A stretch of 58,213 nucleotides of DNA, filler included, from Basidioascus undulatus (GCA_000826855.1; 4 parts of 4 records of this genome joined end to end with filler, not necessarily neighbours in it), one strand, 5' to 3'; positions 11,808-27,294 are shown, counted from the first letter of the whole stretch. The notes: generated from the letters alone by a model not told the origin. Program-made: numbers and translations.

Positions 11808-14359
11808 TCAGAGTTTTGCCATGATCGGTTTCCCTGGCAGCTTTCCCTCCTTGTCCATCTGCTTCAGAACCCGCCTCAGTGCTTTCCCGCTGTTAAGCTT
11901 GGGGATCTGTCCAGTCCCCACAATTTAGCCAGTTGTGGACACGAAATGTTGCTAAGGACATGCTACCTCGTCTACGACGCGGATGCCTCCGGAAATGCGC
12001 TTGTATCTCGCGAGGCGCTTGGCCACCCATGCGTGCAGCTCCGCAACGACAGCCTCAACCTCCCGCTGCCCTCGCTCATGCACTCGGACCTTCGCGGCGT
12101 CCGATAAGACCACCCACGCACGCGGTGCGTCGCCGCCATCTCCGCGGTCTGATGGGACGGCGGCGACGGAGACGTCTGAGATGAGTCGTGAGGGGTGGGC
12201 AAGCAGCGTGCGCTCCAGCTCGGTCGCCGCGACTTGTAGGCCGTTGATCTGACGCATATGGTTGTTTTAGCGGCGGAAGACTCCAGGGAAAATGCAGAAG
12301 AAGAGTAGGCAGACCTTCATCACGTCTTTCATGCGGTCCACATAGACGAGCGCGTCGTCCTCATCCAGGCTCAGCTAATCAAAGCCGTTCAGGGACGAAA
12401 GACCTTGAGGCGGTGAACAGAGCAACATACAATGTCCCCAGTCCTCAACCATTCTCCCGTCTCATCAAAGGTCCCCTTCGTCGCCTTCTTGTCCCCGTAG
12501 TACCTGCCTTTACCTTCAGTTATGACTCCCTGCCGAAGAGGTCACTGCGTCCATACCCCTTGAAGACCGTTGGCCCACGCAGCCACAGCTCCCCAGGCTG
12601 GCGGCGTTCAACGTCTTTCCCCGTGTCCGGGTCGACGAATCGGGCGTCGTAGCCTGGGTTCAGGAAGCTGCATGCCGAGGTGAGTTTCGGCGAAGTGGCG
12701 ATGCCGAACAATTTAGTTACTTACTTCACAGTGCCCGCCTTCGGAACCATTCCCAGCGTGCCAGGGAACGGCGCGCTGCTGATAGCGACGACGGTCTCGG
12801 ATTGACCGTACCTGTCCAAAGTACCCGCTGTTCATCTGTACACTTCCAGCCATACAGAGAGTCATTGCACGTACCCGTGCGATACACCCAGTGTCGCAGT
12901 CGGAATCAGTTCAGCGAGCTTGTCCGCCAAGCTCTGCGGCAGATACGCAGCGCCGCTGCCGAGGGCGGTAACGCTGCTCGTGTCTGTCTTCGTTGTGCGG
13001 GGGTGGTTAACCAGCTGGAGGACCAGAGGCGGGACGAGTGGGAGGGCGGTGATTTTGTATCTGTGGGAAAAGGTGTCACCGTTGAACGGTCGGCAACAGT
13101 GAAACTGACACACTTGGGGATTAGATCGAGCGCCTGCTCGCACGACCATTTGCGCATGATGATATGCGTTATGGGTGTCAAAAGGCCTCGGAACACGGTG
13201 AATTGCAGGCCTGAGACGTTATGTTTAGCTATCTTATCAACTGGAGACACCGACGCGGGCGTACCGTATGAGTGGTATAAAGGGAGTGGCATCAGCGACA
13301 CGATGTGCTGAGGCGCGGTGTCGAGGCCTTGCTTTTCCATCTTATTCCTCCCAAACATCGTAAGCTCCAGTTTTCCCCAGGAATAAAGCAATGCTCAGCC
13401 TCACCTCAGTCTTCGACGCAGCGCCCACGACCAGAGATTGCATTTGGCAGGCGATGAGGTTGCTATGGGAGATCATCACCGCTATTCTGACCCACATCAG
13501 CAACCGCCTAATGGAGAAAATCAAGATTTAGAGATTGGCCACCCTTTGGGAGGCCTGAGGTTCCCGAAGATTGTACGAGGTATGCAAGTTTGTCCTGCAA
13601 AGCAGGCGTCAGTGAGCTCGATCCCGTTGTGCACACTGGGTGGGCAATCTCACCCCTCCTTCCCGGTTCCATGCCGGTTCAGGTAGGTTTCGTCCCTGAA
13701 AGTGTGTCAGATCATACAACAGACGCTGTGAAACAGACGGTCTAAAGCTTACAGCTTCAATCATCTCCCTCAGACCCCTCATGCCCTCCCTTCCGTCCCC
13801 AATAAGAAACACCCCTCCGTCCCTAAGTTTCAAGCCCCTGCGCTCCTCCGCGTTTGAGCCCTTTAGGGCATCCCGCAACTTCTGCAGGAGCCCAGGGCTG
13901 ACGAAGAGTGTGGTGGCGCCCGTGCGCCGGAGACAGTGCAGGAGCTCCGGAGCCGTCGAGGCGGAGGAGAACGGCGCGAAGGGCACGCCGAGGCGGAGGG
14001 CAGCGTGGAGGAGTGTTGGGTAATCCTGCGTCCTTTTAACCCTTCAGTATCTCTGCTCATGCCTCGAGGAAGAACAGGCGACGCACAACGTGGTTCTCGC
14101 TAAACACCCCCACAACCTCCCCGTCCCTCACAGCCCCGCACGCCCGCATCCCCGCCGCGGCAGCCTTGACGCGCCCCACAAACTCATGCTGCGTGAACTT
14201 CTCGCCCGACTCCGCATCGACGAAGAGGTCGTACGCGGGCGCGAAGGGAGCAAAGTGCGTGAAGAGCGTGGGGTTGTCGAAGAAGAAGTTGTGCGCTGGG
14301 ACGGGTGGCACGGGCGGGAAGGGGCCGTACTTGTTGGTGTAGATTTTGGGCGAGGACAT
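11808..14359 (-). CDS. AMP-dependent acyl-CoA synthetase, 4-coumarate-CoA-ligase-like, with PTS1
   Basis: 'LMPLPLYHSYG', 'LGSGAAYL', 'GELWLRGPTVFKGY', 'INGLQVAATELE..LLAHP', 'RYKRISGGIRVVDE', 'IPKLNSGKALRR'. Ends ...IMAKL* (TGA at 11808-11810). Many short GT-AG introns. Confidence 0.9.
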
Positions 14360-14506
14360 GCGTGGGTGGGTGGGGTGTGGAGTAATCGTTATGGGACGGA
14401 GGGGGATGGTGGAAGGGCAGATTGGGAGAGAGGGGAGATGTCACAACACGACGCAACGTTGCACTGCGCGCTGCGCTCCGGTCCGGCTGCATCGAGAAAC
14501 CGCGCC

Positions 14507-14606
14507 NNNNNNNNNNNNNNNNNNNNNNNNNNNNNNNNNNNNNNNNNNNNTTAATTAATTAANNNNNNNNNNNNNNNNNNNNNNNNNNNNNNNNNNNNNN
14601 NNNNNN
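14507..14606. other. Artificial contig spacer
   Basis: 44 N + TTAATTAATTAA (stop codons in all six frames) + 44 N. Confidence 0.97.
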
Positions 14607-15695
14607 TCGAGATACGGCGGGTCATAGTCCTCTCCACCCCCTCCTTCCACGTCCCCGGCGACGTTGTGCGTGCCTCCTCCCTCCCCTGTCGTCCCGCTGC
14701 TCACCCTTCCCTCCCCCTCAGCCCTCTCTATTCTGGCGTCTCACAATCCTCTCCATCCGGCTCCTGCAGCCGGCCGCCTACGCCGAAGTAACCTCCATCG
14801 GCGCGGTTACCTCTTCGCAGCCCCGTGAAGAGCTGGATTGGACGGTCGTGCGCGTGCCGTTTCTGACGGAGGGCGGGGAGGAGCGCCAGGTCCGGGCGGG
14901 GCTGCTTGGTGCAGAGGGGGATAAGGGGGAGAGCGGGAAGGAGGGCTGGAAGTTGGGCAGGGGGGCGCTGGGGAGGTGGTGCATTGAAAGGGGGATGGAG
15001 AGGGAAGAGTGGGTGGGAGGGGCGCCGGTGCTGAGCGACAGGTGAGGATTGGGAAAGCGCCAAAGTCGGTGGCGATGAACTGCGGGTGTGGATACTTTTC
15101 ATGTGTTTTAAGCTGGACCATATGCGGGAGCTCAACAGTGAAACATTGCTACCGGGAATTGATCGTGCACTGCTAGTTGCTAGCTGCAGTACTTCCTTTC
15201 CTTTGTTGTGTTTTGTCTTTCCGAGCTGTCGCAAGTGAAAAACGCGGTCCGGCTGCAGCCGGCCACAGATTGGCGTTCAGTTTCCATCAATCCGTTCAAT
15301 CTGCCAGGCCGCATTTTCTTCCAAGGCGGTCACCACTTCTCTGAAGAGGGGCGAACACCGCTTCCCATACCGCGCAGCTTGTGGACAGGCAGGTCGGGCT
15401 TGCGAGGGCACTCAAGCAATGTTGAAAGTGCCCATCGTTGAAGGTTCATGACGCAGTCGTTCTCCAAGACCGTTCGAGTTTCTTTTCCGGGATTCCGGGA
15501 TAACCCTATACGCGAGCAGGAGGTGAACTACACCGATTTGCCAGGCGTATTTTTGGAGGTGCAGTACCGCCCAGCTCATACACTTGCGACTTTCGAAAAG
15601 AGCCTTGGCTCGGTAGATATGATTCAATTTTTTCCCAGCACTACGGAACACAAGAACGCCTACAACTGTACCCGACGGAGGACCCGCACAACGAC

Positions 15696-16403
15696 CTACT
15701 CTCCCAACTCCCACAGCGTTCCCTCGACGACGTGATCTGCAAAATGTCGCTCGTCCTGCCGTGTATACGGCATGACACGTACAGTGTCTTGACAACCTTT
15801 CGATACTGCGTTTCTCGTTATGGTTGCGATATCGAACTCGTCGTTTATTTCCGAAGTCTCGTCGGCGTCGTCGACCTCGCAGCCGAGAATGAGCTTGCGC
15901 AGCACAGCTCGGCGGTTACGAACCTCACGACACCGCGCAGGTATTGCTCCTTATACGAAGCGCCGACGCGAACCGCGAGATGAGTGAGTCAGGGTAATCG
16001 GAGCAGTGGTTCCACGTCGGCCGCCCGATCGAAGGAGACATACCACAGCATAAGACGCTTGACCGTCTCAGACGTAGACTTCGCGAGCAATAGATACGGC
16101 GTCGCGCACTCCTCAAGGGCGAGCGAGGGATCAAAGTCGCCCGGCTGAGCGTCCATTCTTCAGATTGCACATCCCCGCGAAAAGAACCTCGCGCGCGTGA
16201 GGAGGCAGGGCGCAGCGTGTGAGGAGCGAGTGAGTCAGAGCGAGTAGCTCCGGGTTACTTTCAGCGGCGCTCGCGAGCTTCGAGACCTGAGACTTTATTG
16301 AAAGACTGACCGATTTGTAGAGCAACCGTGTGGGTGCGAGAGCGCGCCAGCCTCGGCGATGATGAGCGCGTGAATCTCCGGGAAAAGGTGAGGGACGACC
16401 ATC
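15696..16403 (-). pseudogene. F-box-like protein, degenerate
   Basis: 'MVVPHLFPEIHALIIAEA', 'LYKSVSLSIKSQVSKLASAAESNPELLALTHSL', C-terminus 'LRKLILGCEVDD...VEGTLWELGE*'. Several frameshifts. Confidence 0.55.
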
Positions 16404-16499
16404 TCGAAGCTATTCTGTTCAGCTTGAACGTTAAGTGAGATGTCTTTGGTGGTGATTGGTAGGAGGTGCCGCACGACGTTGGGGATGATGGTGGTCGGG

Positions 16500-16759
16500 G
16501 GAAAGGAGACGGCACGGACGAGCAGTACCTGAGCGGCATCTTGCGGTTCGTGACCACCGCGCCTGCAGTGCGCAAGCTCATTCTCGGCTTCGAGCTCGAC
16601 GAGGAGGGCGAGGTGCTGGCAGAAAAATTCGAGTGTAAGCTTTCGGTCATTATTACGAACGTGCTACCTGAAGAATGTCAAGTTATGATACGCCAGCTAA
16701 AAGCCCAACTTCTCGTCGATCAAATCTTGGAGGGAACACTGTGGGAGCTGGGAGAGTAG
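16500..16759 (+). pseudogene. C-terminal fragment of a paralogue of the 15696-16403 gene, inverted
   Basis: 'DEQYLSGILRFVTTAPAVRKLILGFELDEE...ILEGTLWELGE*' aligns with the minus-strand 'KEQYLRGVVRFVTA..LRKLILGCEVDD...VEGTLWELGE*'. Confidence 0.6.
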
Positions 16760-17100
16760 GTGGTTGTGGGGATCCTCTCGCCTGGGTGGGAATCTTGTGG
16801 CTCTGTTCGTAGTTTGTATTTCTGGTGAAAATTTAAGGCATAGTGATGTCATTTTTAGAGAGCTGCAGGAGTGTGAGCGTGGGCTGTACTGCTTTTATCG
16901 TTATGCCAAGTACAAAGATCCTATTTCTTCACATCATAGGCACGCAGCATGGCAAGCCCCGTTTACTGGGCCCTACTAAGTCTTCTGTCAATTTTCTTGA
17001 ACATGTGCAGTTCGGATGCATGAGCAACAGGCTCCCTCAAAGCCAACGCAAGGCATACGTCCGGATAGTCCTGCACAGCATCTGCATCCAGAGGTTTCGT

Positions 17101-18010
17101 CTACACATCGACCATTCGCTTCTTCGCCTCATCAACCTTTTTCTCCAAACCCAACCCCACGAGAACCTCCAAAACCTGTATAAATTTCCCCATCTTCCCC
17201 CTCTCATCCTCCTTTCCAGACGCCTCAGCGACCAGCTCCGCCAACTCATCTGCCTCCTGAGGGAGGCCGAACTCTGCTGCAGCCTTAGCTGCCGCGCCGT
17301 CCACGAACCGGTAGTGCTCCTCCCAGTGAGTTTGGGCGCGCCAAAAAAAGAGGTCGGCAGCTTTGTCCCCGAACCCGGGGAACTTTTTGACACCCTCCCG
17401 AAGTGCGTCGGGGCCGTCGCAGGAGTCGCGGAACTCTGAAAGCTCGACGGACGTGGAGGGGACCTTGTACTCGTCGGTCAGGATCCGTGCGATGGAGATA
17501 ATCTGATGCGATATCTGCAAGGGAATTATAATTTGTTGCAGAGCCTTGGACGGGAGAGCATGCACCGTTCCTTGTCCTTATGCAGCGTTCGCCTCTGCTA
17601 GGATCTCATGCCTGCAAAGAAAACTCATTCTCAAGCGTCCTACATTGACTTTGTAAATAAAAGTACAATTCCTCTGCGTTTATTTTCTCTACATCTCCGG
17701 GCGCCTTGAAGGTGTACGGCTCATTCACGAGCGTCTCCCAAGCCCTCGCTCCCAGCCGATGCGAGAACGGCCGTGAATGCAAGCTAGCCCGCGAGGAGGT
17801 CGGAGAATGGCGTGGCCTTGTCCGAAGGGGGTGGATAGGCCGTCCAATCCTCCGGACGGCCTGGAGAAGGAGGGTAGGCCAGCGCATGCGCTTCAGGCGA
17901 GAGGAGGTAGGCTACGATCGAGGAGGGGCTGGCGGAGTCGCTGTCAGTGCGCGTGCGTTTGAGCGTGGGTTCTGGGGCTGGGGGAAGCGAAATTGGAGGG
18001 TGCGTCGCAT
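17101..18010 (-). pseudogene. Helix-hairpin-helix (endonuclease III-like) family protein, frameshifted
   Basis: 'TPFSDLLA/ASLHSRPFSHRLGARAWETLVNEPYTF', 'RTLHKDK', HhH-like 'KKFPGFGDKAADLFFWRAQTHWEEHYRFVD...GLP'. An extra G near 17787 creates TAG; a second shift lies near 17590. Start uncertain. Confidence 0.6.
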
Positions 18011-18582
18011 TTGGAAGGCATTCCGGGTGTTCTGGGTAGTCCTGGAAGTAACTTGGAGAGGGAAAAGGAGGAGTTTTGAGAAGGCCGGCGCATACCCTTG
18101 CTATCTGGCTGAGCCACCAGATGACATCAACAAAGCGCAACGACGACAGCGTCGAGATCGGCGCTTCTTGTCTTGTCGAGGACGAACACTCGACCAGACC
18201 GAGCGACAGTCTACAAAATAATGGTGCTCAGGAAAAGCATGCTTCAAAAGAAGTTCACATTGCCATTCGGGGTGCTTGCGGGGTCAACAAGGCAGCGGGG
18301 ACGACAGCGCACAAAACCGCTCACGGTTTGAAACATGCAAAGGGGTATAAAACGGGTTGCACAAAGTGAGCGACCGTCACACATACAGGTGTGTGGTGAA
18401 GATGGTGCAAGAGTATTGGACGCGAGAGTACGAATCGAAAGCGCAAAAACAAGCAGGAACGGAGCCCGCAGTACGAAGAAGTCGAAAGCGCGAAAGCTCG
18501 GGAAGCGAAGCGAGTGCATGGAGATGTGGAAAAATACAATTGTGCGCGAAAGGGTCCCGGCGGGGTGGCGGCGGCGTGGCGC

Positions 18583-21176
18583 CTAGTTGTTCTCGGCGAA
18601 CTCGACGAGCGCCTCGAGGCTCTTCTGTACGTACGTCTTGAAGTTGATAATCTCGCCGACGATGGCGACGACCTCCTGGGACGCCTCCTGCTGCGCCTGC
18701 TGCGTCTGCGCGATGAGGTCGTCGTGGCTGCGAGGTCCACACCAATCTAAACAGGGCGACGACGGGGGAGGGAACGGAATGAGGGGCTGGACGCACATGA
18801 AGGACAGCTTCTGGTACCGCTGGTCGAGCTCGAGCATCTCCTGCGAGTTCTTGTTTTGCTGTTGCCGGAGCATCTGCTCGGTGTCGCGCAGCTGCTCATT
18901 GGACGCGCTCAGCTCGGCGGCGATACGCTGTTAAAACACACATGAAGACCATCAGCACAACCGAGCACGACTCCAGCGGTTAACAAAGAAAGGACGCACC
19001 TCCTTCTCCTCGTTCGTTTGGTTGAGCGTGTCCTGGAGCTTGTTATTGAGGCGCTCAACGGCCTCGCGCTTCTCTACGACGCCCTCCTGGAGCTGCTGGA
19101 GCTGCTCGTCGAGCGCGATCGCCTCGTCCTCGAGCTGGACGTGCTCGCGCGTCGTGTCCTTCCGGAGCTCCGCAAGCTCAGGCTTGATGACGCCCTTGAT
19201 GTCGCTTGCGAACATCTCGGCGGGGAGGGGCGCCGCGCGCGAGTACTCGAGCTCGAACGTGATGTGCGCGTACTTGTCCGGCGGCGCGGGGAGGACGCCG
19301 ACGCGCTCCGCGCGCTCCGTGTAGTCGCGCACGATCGTCTCGAGCGTGTCGCCCCGCTTCGTCGCCTGGATCTCGAGGTCGTTGAACTTCTGCTTCACCT
19401 TGAGCAGGTGCGCGCGCTGCTGCTCGAGCGTCGAGGTGAGCTGCGCGCGCGTAGACACCATCCGCTCGATCTCCTCCGGCGACAGGTTCTGCGCCTCGAC
19501 CGCACGCGCGATCCGGTCGTTTTCGTCTTGCTGGGTCGCGAGCTCCTTCTCTACGTTGGGGCCGACAGAGCGCGTGTAAGTAAGACGCTCAACCAAGGGC
19601 ACGCGAGGAATGACGAACCGAGCGTCTCGACGGCGGCATCCATCTTGCCGATGATGTCCTCCATCTTGGCCTTCTTGGACTCAAAGTGCGTGATGACCTG
19701 CTGGAACTTGCTCTTGTCGGACGCCATCTTTTTATGCTCCTCCTGAGCCTCGGCAAGGGGAGACTGGGGATAGTGCGAGTGTCAGCATACGCTCATGAGC
19801 AGTGATTTGGAAAGCGAATGATCAATGACCGGAGCCTCCTTGAGAGCCCGGAGCTCCTTCGCCAGCCGCTCCTTCTCCGCCTCGAGGCGCTCGACGTCGG
19901 CCACGATCGACTCGTTGTGGCGGTCTATGAAAGGATATAGAGCTTAGCCTCCTGTACTTGTGCGCACGCTCATGATGAAGGATGCACCGTAGATTTCTCT
20001 CAGCTCCGCATCTTGTTCCGGGTACTCGTCCTGGTCGGCGAGGAACGCGGCGTACGTGCCGGACGCGTACTCGTACGCGACCTTTTCAGGCCAATTGCTG
20101 ATCTCCGACGGCTTGAGGTCGGACGGATGCGCGAGCTGCGGGTCGTCGCAAATGTCGGGCGTGTACCAGCTTTGCATCGTCTGCGTGCGGGCGGACGGAG
20201 ACAGCAGATGAGCTCAACAGAGTTTAGGGCAGCGACGGCACGATGATCACCCGTACCTCAGTCATGTCGACGAGCCACTTGAGCATCGCGAGCATCGACG
20301 GCCAGACGTGGGGCGCGCTGGCGGAGGAGAGCTGGGTCTTGGAGATGAGGTCGGCGACGGGATAGCGCATGTCCTTGAGGACCATGATGACCTCGTCCTC
20401 GAACTTGCGGGGCTTTCCGAGGAAGTCCTTGCCCCAGACGAAGCCCGGGTCAAGGATGTCCGTGTAGAGGAAGCGGAAGATGGACTGGAAGTCCTTCGTC
20501 GTCGGCGACGAGAGCGTCTTGGGCCCGATCGGGAACGGGTACCCGCCCTGCGTGAGGTGGTCGTGCAGCGCGCGTTGCATCGCCTGGAAGAACGCCTTGT
20601 CCTTGACGGGGCGCGGGTCGCGGGAGAGCGGGTGCGGGACGGGGACGAAGGTGGAGAGCTGGTGGTGGGAGGGGGCGACGGACTGGCGACCGCCGCCGTA
20701 GACGGACGTGCGGCGGACACTGTGATCCCCCAGACGAGCATCAGAACCGCCCAATCTCTCAAACCTGGAGCGATGCGCAACACTCACCTTCCTGGAGGCG
20801 GGCCCCTCGCCATGCTCTGCCTCCCGTAGAAACCCGCATCTCCTCTGCTCGCGCTCGGCAAGAAGCCGCCCTGGCTGTGCCCCTCCGCCCAGCCTTGGCT
20901 CGGGCCCAGCGCGGTCGAGTACCGCATGCCGCCGGTGGGCTGGCTGGGTCCAGGCGCGAGAGACATGCGCGAGGTGAAGCCCTGGGACGATGGCTGGGAC
21001 GAGGACGGCTGGGAGCTGGGCGGGCCGAAGCGGGCGGCTCCACCTGGGGCGAGCGACATGCGGTGCGCTCCATGGGCGGAGAACGAGGGCGGTGCAGGAC
21101 GCTTCTTGAGGGATGATGAGGGCTGGGGGATCGCGGAGTCGTTGTGCGCGAGCGTACGCCGCCTCGCGTCGGCCAT
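18583..21176 (-). CDS. NDC80: Kinetochore protein Ndc80/HEC1, multi-exon
   Basis: Basic disordered N-terminal tail, 'DPRPVKDKAF', CH domain 'LSSPTTKDFQSIFRFLY...KFEDEVIMVLKDMRYP..ISKTQL...HVWPSMLAMLKWLVD', then a long coiled coil with the loop 'QNLSPEEIERM'. Confidence 0.93.
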
Positions 21177-21850
21177 GTTGAGCGGAGCGGGGGAAGGCTG
21201 GCGGGGGTGATAGGCGGTCGTGTGCGGATCTATAGCTCCATCGACTACACATGAGCATGCTCGGACTCCGCAGATATTTCCTAGAAACGTACAGGTATGT
21301 TTCCAAGCTCCAAGGTATGCAAGAAAGAAACAGAGAGCGTAGACGGAGCGGAGGATAGGTGTTGTCGGACAAGACGCGTCTTCGGAAGCAGAGCGCGTCC
21401 CACTTGCAGTCGAATTCTTGACAGATGAACAGCCTGCCTGACTTTAACGTCGCTTGTTGTTTCTCTTTCCTTTTCACCAAGGACTCGTAACGCCCAGCTT
21501 CGCTAGAGCACCCTTATTAAGTGCGCAGATGGAAAGCTTATGGTGGTGCTTATGTGGTAGATCCCCAATAAATCCTTTCAACAAGGGGGTTACGTTGAAT
21601 TGCAAGCTTCGAGCCTCGAGGGGTGGCGGTGGAACTTCTATCCTCGCACTGTTCTTCCCACACGACTGAACAACCTGCAACGCATGAACCAAAGGGGTAT
21701 ATATTCTTGAAAATTAGTGACAGAGAATTCCCATAAACACTACGACCGAAGGTCTCAGAAAGACTACTATTGGGAAGCCGGCGACGGAGGTTCAATCCTC
21801 GTCCTCGACGTGGGTAGACGGTCCATAAGCTGATTTGACATCCCGAGGAT

Positions 21851-23640
21851 TCATGGATGTAACTTCTGACGCGGCGGAGGATGTGGCTCCGAGCCTCGGG
21901 TGAGAAGGCCCGACAAGCGGACTAGGAGAAGCGAGCGGGGACATGGCTGGAGGCTGCTGACCAGACCGGGAGCATCAGCACGACCGATCTGCGAAGAAAG
22001 AACTAGACCCAATGTAGCTATACAGACTATCTTCCCCGCTCGACAGCGCGTGCCCTGCCGCTGGTGCCGCGTCCGTACCACACACAGACCCCTCGTCGCT
22101 CCCTCTCCCAACCGGGAGGTAGTGCTGCGACCCCGCTCCCGCAAACGGGTGGTCGCCAGCCAACGAAACGGTTCGATAACCATCGCGTCCTCGACATCGT
22201 CGTGTCTGACCTTCTCGCCCTTATCCGAGTCCCCCGAGGAGCCACTATGGCGGCTCCGCCGGCGCACGACCCAGATGGGCGCGAGGATGAGCGCGAGGCC
22301 GCCGATGCCGCCCACGACGCGGCCCACGGTCGCGCCGGTCTTTGAACTAGGGCCGCTGGAGGAGGTGTATACGGTCGGGACGGCCGAGGCGAAGGCCGAG
22401 GCGGAGGCGACGGAGGCGGTGGACGCTGCCGAAAAAGCAAGTCAGCCTCGGGCGCAGTGTCTTGCAAGCTCGATCACAGCGAGGACGTACCCATCAATGG
22501 GTTAGACACTATAGCGTACTACTGAGTCGGAATTGTTCTTCGCGTCCGCTGTTCACTCCCTCAAAGCTCTATCAGCCTGATCCCACAGCTCAGCGCGTCT
22601 GCTTTCACTCGCAGAACGACCAAGAAACGAAGATGTCGTCTATTTCCGCCCACTTCGGGATGCCCTCACAATGTCGGGGTAAAATTCTTGATGGTCTCCC
22701 TGCGTAACGAGATGTTAGATTTGAGAGAAGTGGGCGCAAAATTTTTTCACTCACGTCTTGTTCCGGAAGCTACCTCCCCCGCAGTTCACCGTGAACTGAT
22801 CCCAGGACATCGGCGCCGACTCGCGGCCTTGCAAGCCAAGCAGGCGCTATACAGCTGGTAATGCACATTCGAACCTGGAAAATGCGGAATGTAAATGTCA
22901 TGAGCCACGGAGTGTTCATGCAAGCCTAAGCACAGCAGTTTTCTCCACCTCCCAACTTCATGTATGCACTTCACAGCCTCCGTGGCATGTTCACCTAAAA
23001 AGTGGAAAGGGACTCACACTGGCATTGATTTTCCGCCGCCAAAAATAAAGCCCATTATCGTCGCTCCTCGACATGTTTGCCTTCAGCTCGCAGACCTGCA
23101 AGACGGAGTTGGCTATTTCGCAGCTGCACGCCAACACGTAACTAACACTTCAGCCATTCCGTAACTTCGCAGGGGAACGTACTGCGGCTGCTTTCTGTCA
23201 AGGGAGTAGACATCATCTTCCTCACATCCTCAGAACTTCCCACACGGGGGATACTAGTCTCTTGCAAAGACTCTGCTTTTCTTATCGTATTTCCGACCCC
23301 AAACAACGATGCCAGCTTCCAGCAATCGCCCAAGTGACCTCGCGTACCGTGCCCGTGAATCCGAGTCTGCGCAGTCTGAAAGTTGGGTATCCCGGTTCTT
23401 TTGGAGCAGTTCCTTATGTGTTTCTTCCACTTTCGAATTTGAATCAAGCCTGTGACAATAAGAACAAGCAGATCTTGAACAGACCCGTGGGAGTGAAAGC
23501 GGCGCGGGGTTTGGGACTGCGAGTGGGAGGACGCCTGCGCGAAGGCGTAGTGTGCGACAGTTCGGTTGAGTGAGTGTCCTACAAGGTTTAAAACTGAAGC
23601 GAAAGTAGCAGTTATACCTATTAACTGGAAGCTCATCGTC
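21851..23640 (-). pseudogene. Degenerate Cys-rich single-pass membrane protein of a basidiomycete-type family
   Basis: Fragments 'SNVHYQLYSACLAC', 'MSWDQFTVNC', 'GIPKWAEID', a Ser/Ala stalk, and TM 'GATVGRVVGGIGGLALILAPIWVVRRR'. Stops and frameshifts; 5' boundary uncertain. Confidence 0.45.
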
Positions 23641-24719
23641 TGTTTCGCGAGCGGGCCGGAAAGCGGAGCTGGCGCTGGGACAGAAAGGGCGAGCGGAAAA
23701 GAGCCCGAAGAGCGAGATTGATGTAGATACAGGATAGTGTGAGGGGCAATTATTTGAAGAATGGGATTTTTAGGCCTACGGAAGACTGGTGAGCATTCAT
23801 GTTGTGTCGCGAAATGCGCGAGGAAACAACAGGCAGACGTATGCAACTCCGGGTTGTATATAAACGAAAGCGCCTACTACAGCCCAGGCACTTTTCATTC
23901 TGATATTCATTAAGGAGAAGAATATTGGAATTCCCCATTCTAAGGACTTCCTGCGTACTGAATGTGTCCGGTGGGCATTCAGGATGAGAAGACGTCTTCT
24001 CAGAGCTGCGGCACCCAGTAGTTGCCTTCGCCAGGCCCAGTGGTCATCGAGAGCTCGGTAGGATGGTAATGAAAGGGTAGTATGCGGCGTATGTGAGAGG
24101 AGCGAAGTGGTTGGCTGGAGGTGAGCCGGCCTGGCCGGGAAGGGCTCCCTAAGTCTGAGAAACGGTGTCGTTCTGTCGCAGAAGTCGCCTCAAGTTGTCC
24201 GTCAGAGGAATATAACATTAATTTTAGTTCTAGCCTGCAGCCGCACATAGAAAGAAAGTGGTTCGGGTTACGCGAGTACACTCTAGTCCGAACGGTCGCC
24301 CGGACAATCCAGCCTCAGGCGTGTTCGTCTTCTGGCGGTTCCCAAAAGGCGTTGCTGCAGGACATACGAGCTAATACAACCACACTTGCAACACAGGTGT
24401 TCGAAGATGTACTCGAAGGACGTTGTGACTGTGTGACGGTGCAAGTGCAACGACTTTCAAAGAGGCCCAAGTGCTGGAAGGATCGATAACGAAATGCAAA
24501 GTCCGATACCCCACGGTTTGAGTGTGCGACGATCGCCGACTGGGAGATTACACGCGTCGTTCTGTTACACATAGTGTGTCGAAGCAACGTAAGTATACGA
24601 AAATATTCTACATTAATTTGGGAGAGATTCTAGGAGATGGAAGTGTCGAGAGATTGAGGTCCGAAAGGCGGCGGGCGCCGGCCGGGGCGAGAAGGGGGTT
24701 GCGACTGCCCGTCGAATGC

Positions 24720-24727
24720 CGATTGGT
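24720..24727 (-). promoter_or_regulatory. Putative CCAAT box upstream of ATP2
   Basis: CGATTGGT (ACCAATCG on the minus strand) just upstream of the pyrimidine-rich 5' region of ATP2. Fungal respiratory genes are typical CCAAT-binding-complex targets; such a short motif can occur by chance. Confidence 0.3.
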
Positions 24728-24898
24728 CTCTGCGCTGGCGCCGCCCGCTTTTGCTCTGAGCGCTCCGCCTTTGCCTCCCTTCTCTCACCCACCCCTCATC
24801 GCCTCCATCGTGAGCCTCGCTCGCCAGCCTGCCCGCGCCCGCCCAGGATCCTGTATTTTCTGACGCATACCACACCCTACACTCTTTAATATCCACAG

Positions 24899-27294
<2,396 letters not shown>

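Noticed and set aside
14551..14562. Palindromic TTAATTAATTAA recurring at about 14.6-kb spacing
   Set aside because: Always centred in an identical N run; it is a six-frame-stop assembly linker, not a biological repeat.
14607..15234. Pro/Ser-rich minus-strand ORFs at the contig start
   Set aside because: Low complexity, no recognisable domain and an ambiguous frame; may be a truncated gene start but cannot be supported.
11808..18010. Secondary-metabolite cluster around the 4CL-like ligase
   Set aside because: No backbone or tailoring enzymes nearby, and the neighbours on one side lie on a different contig.
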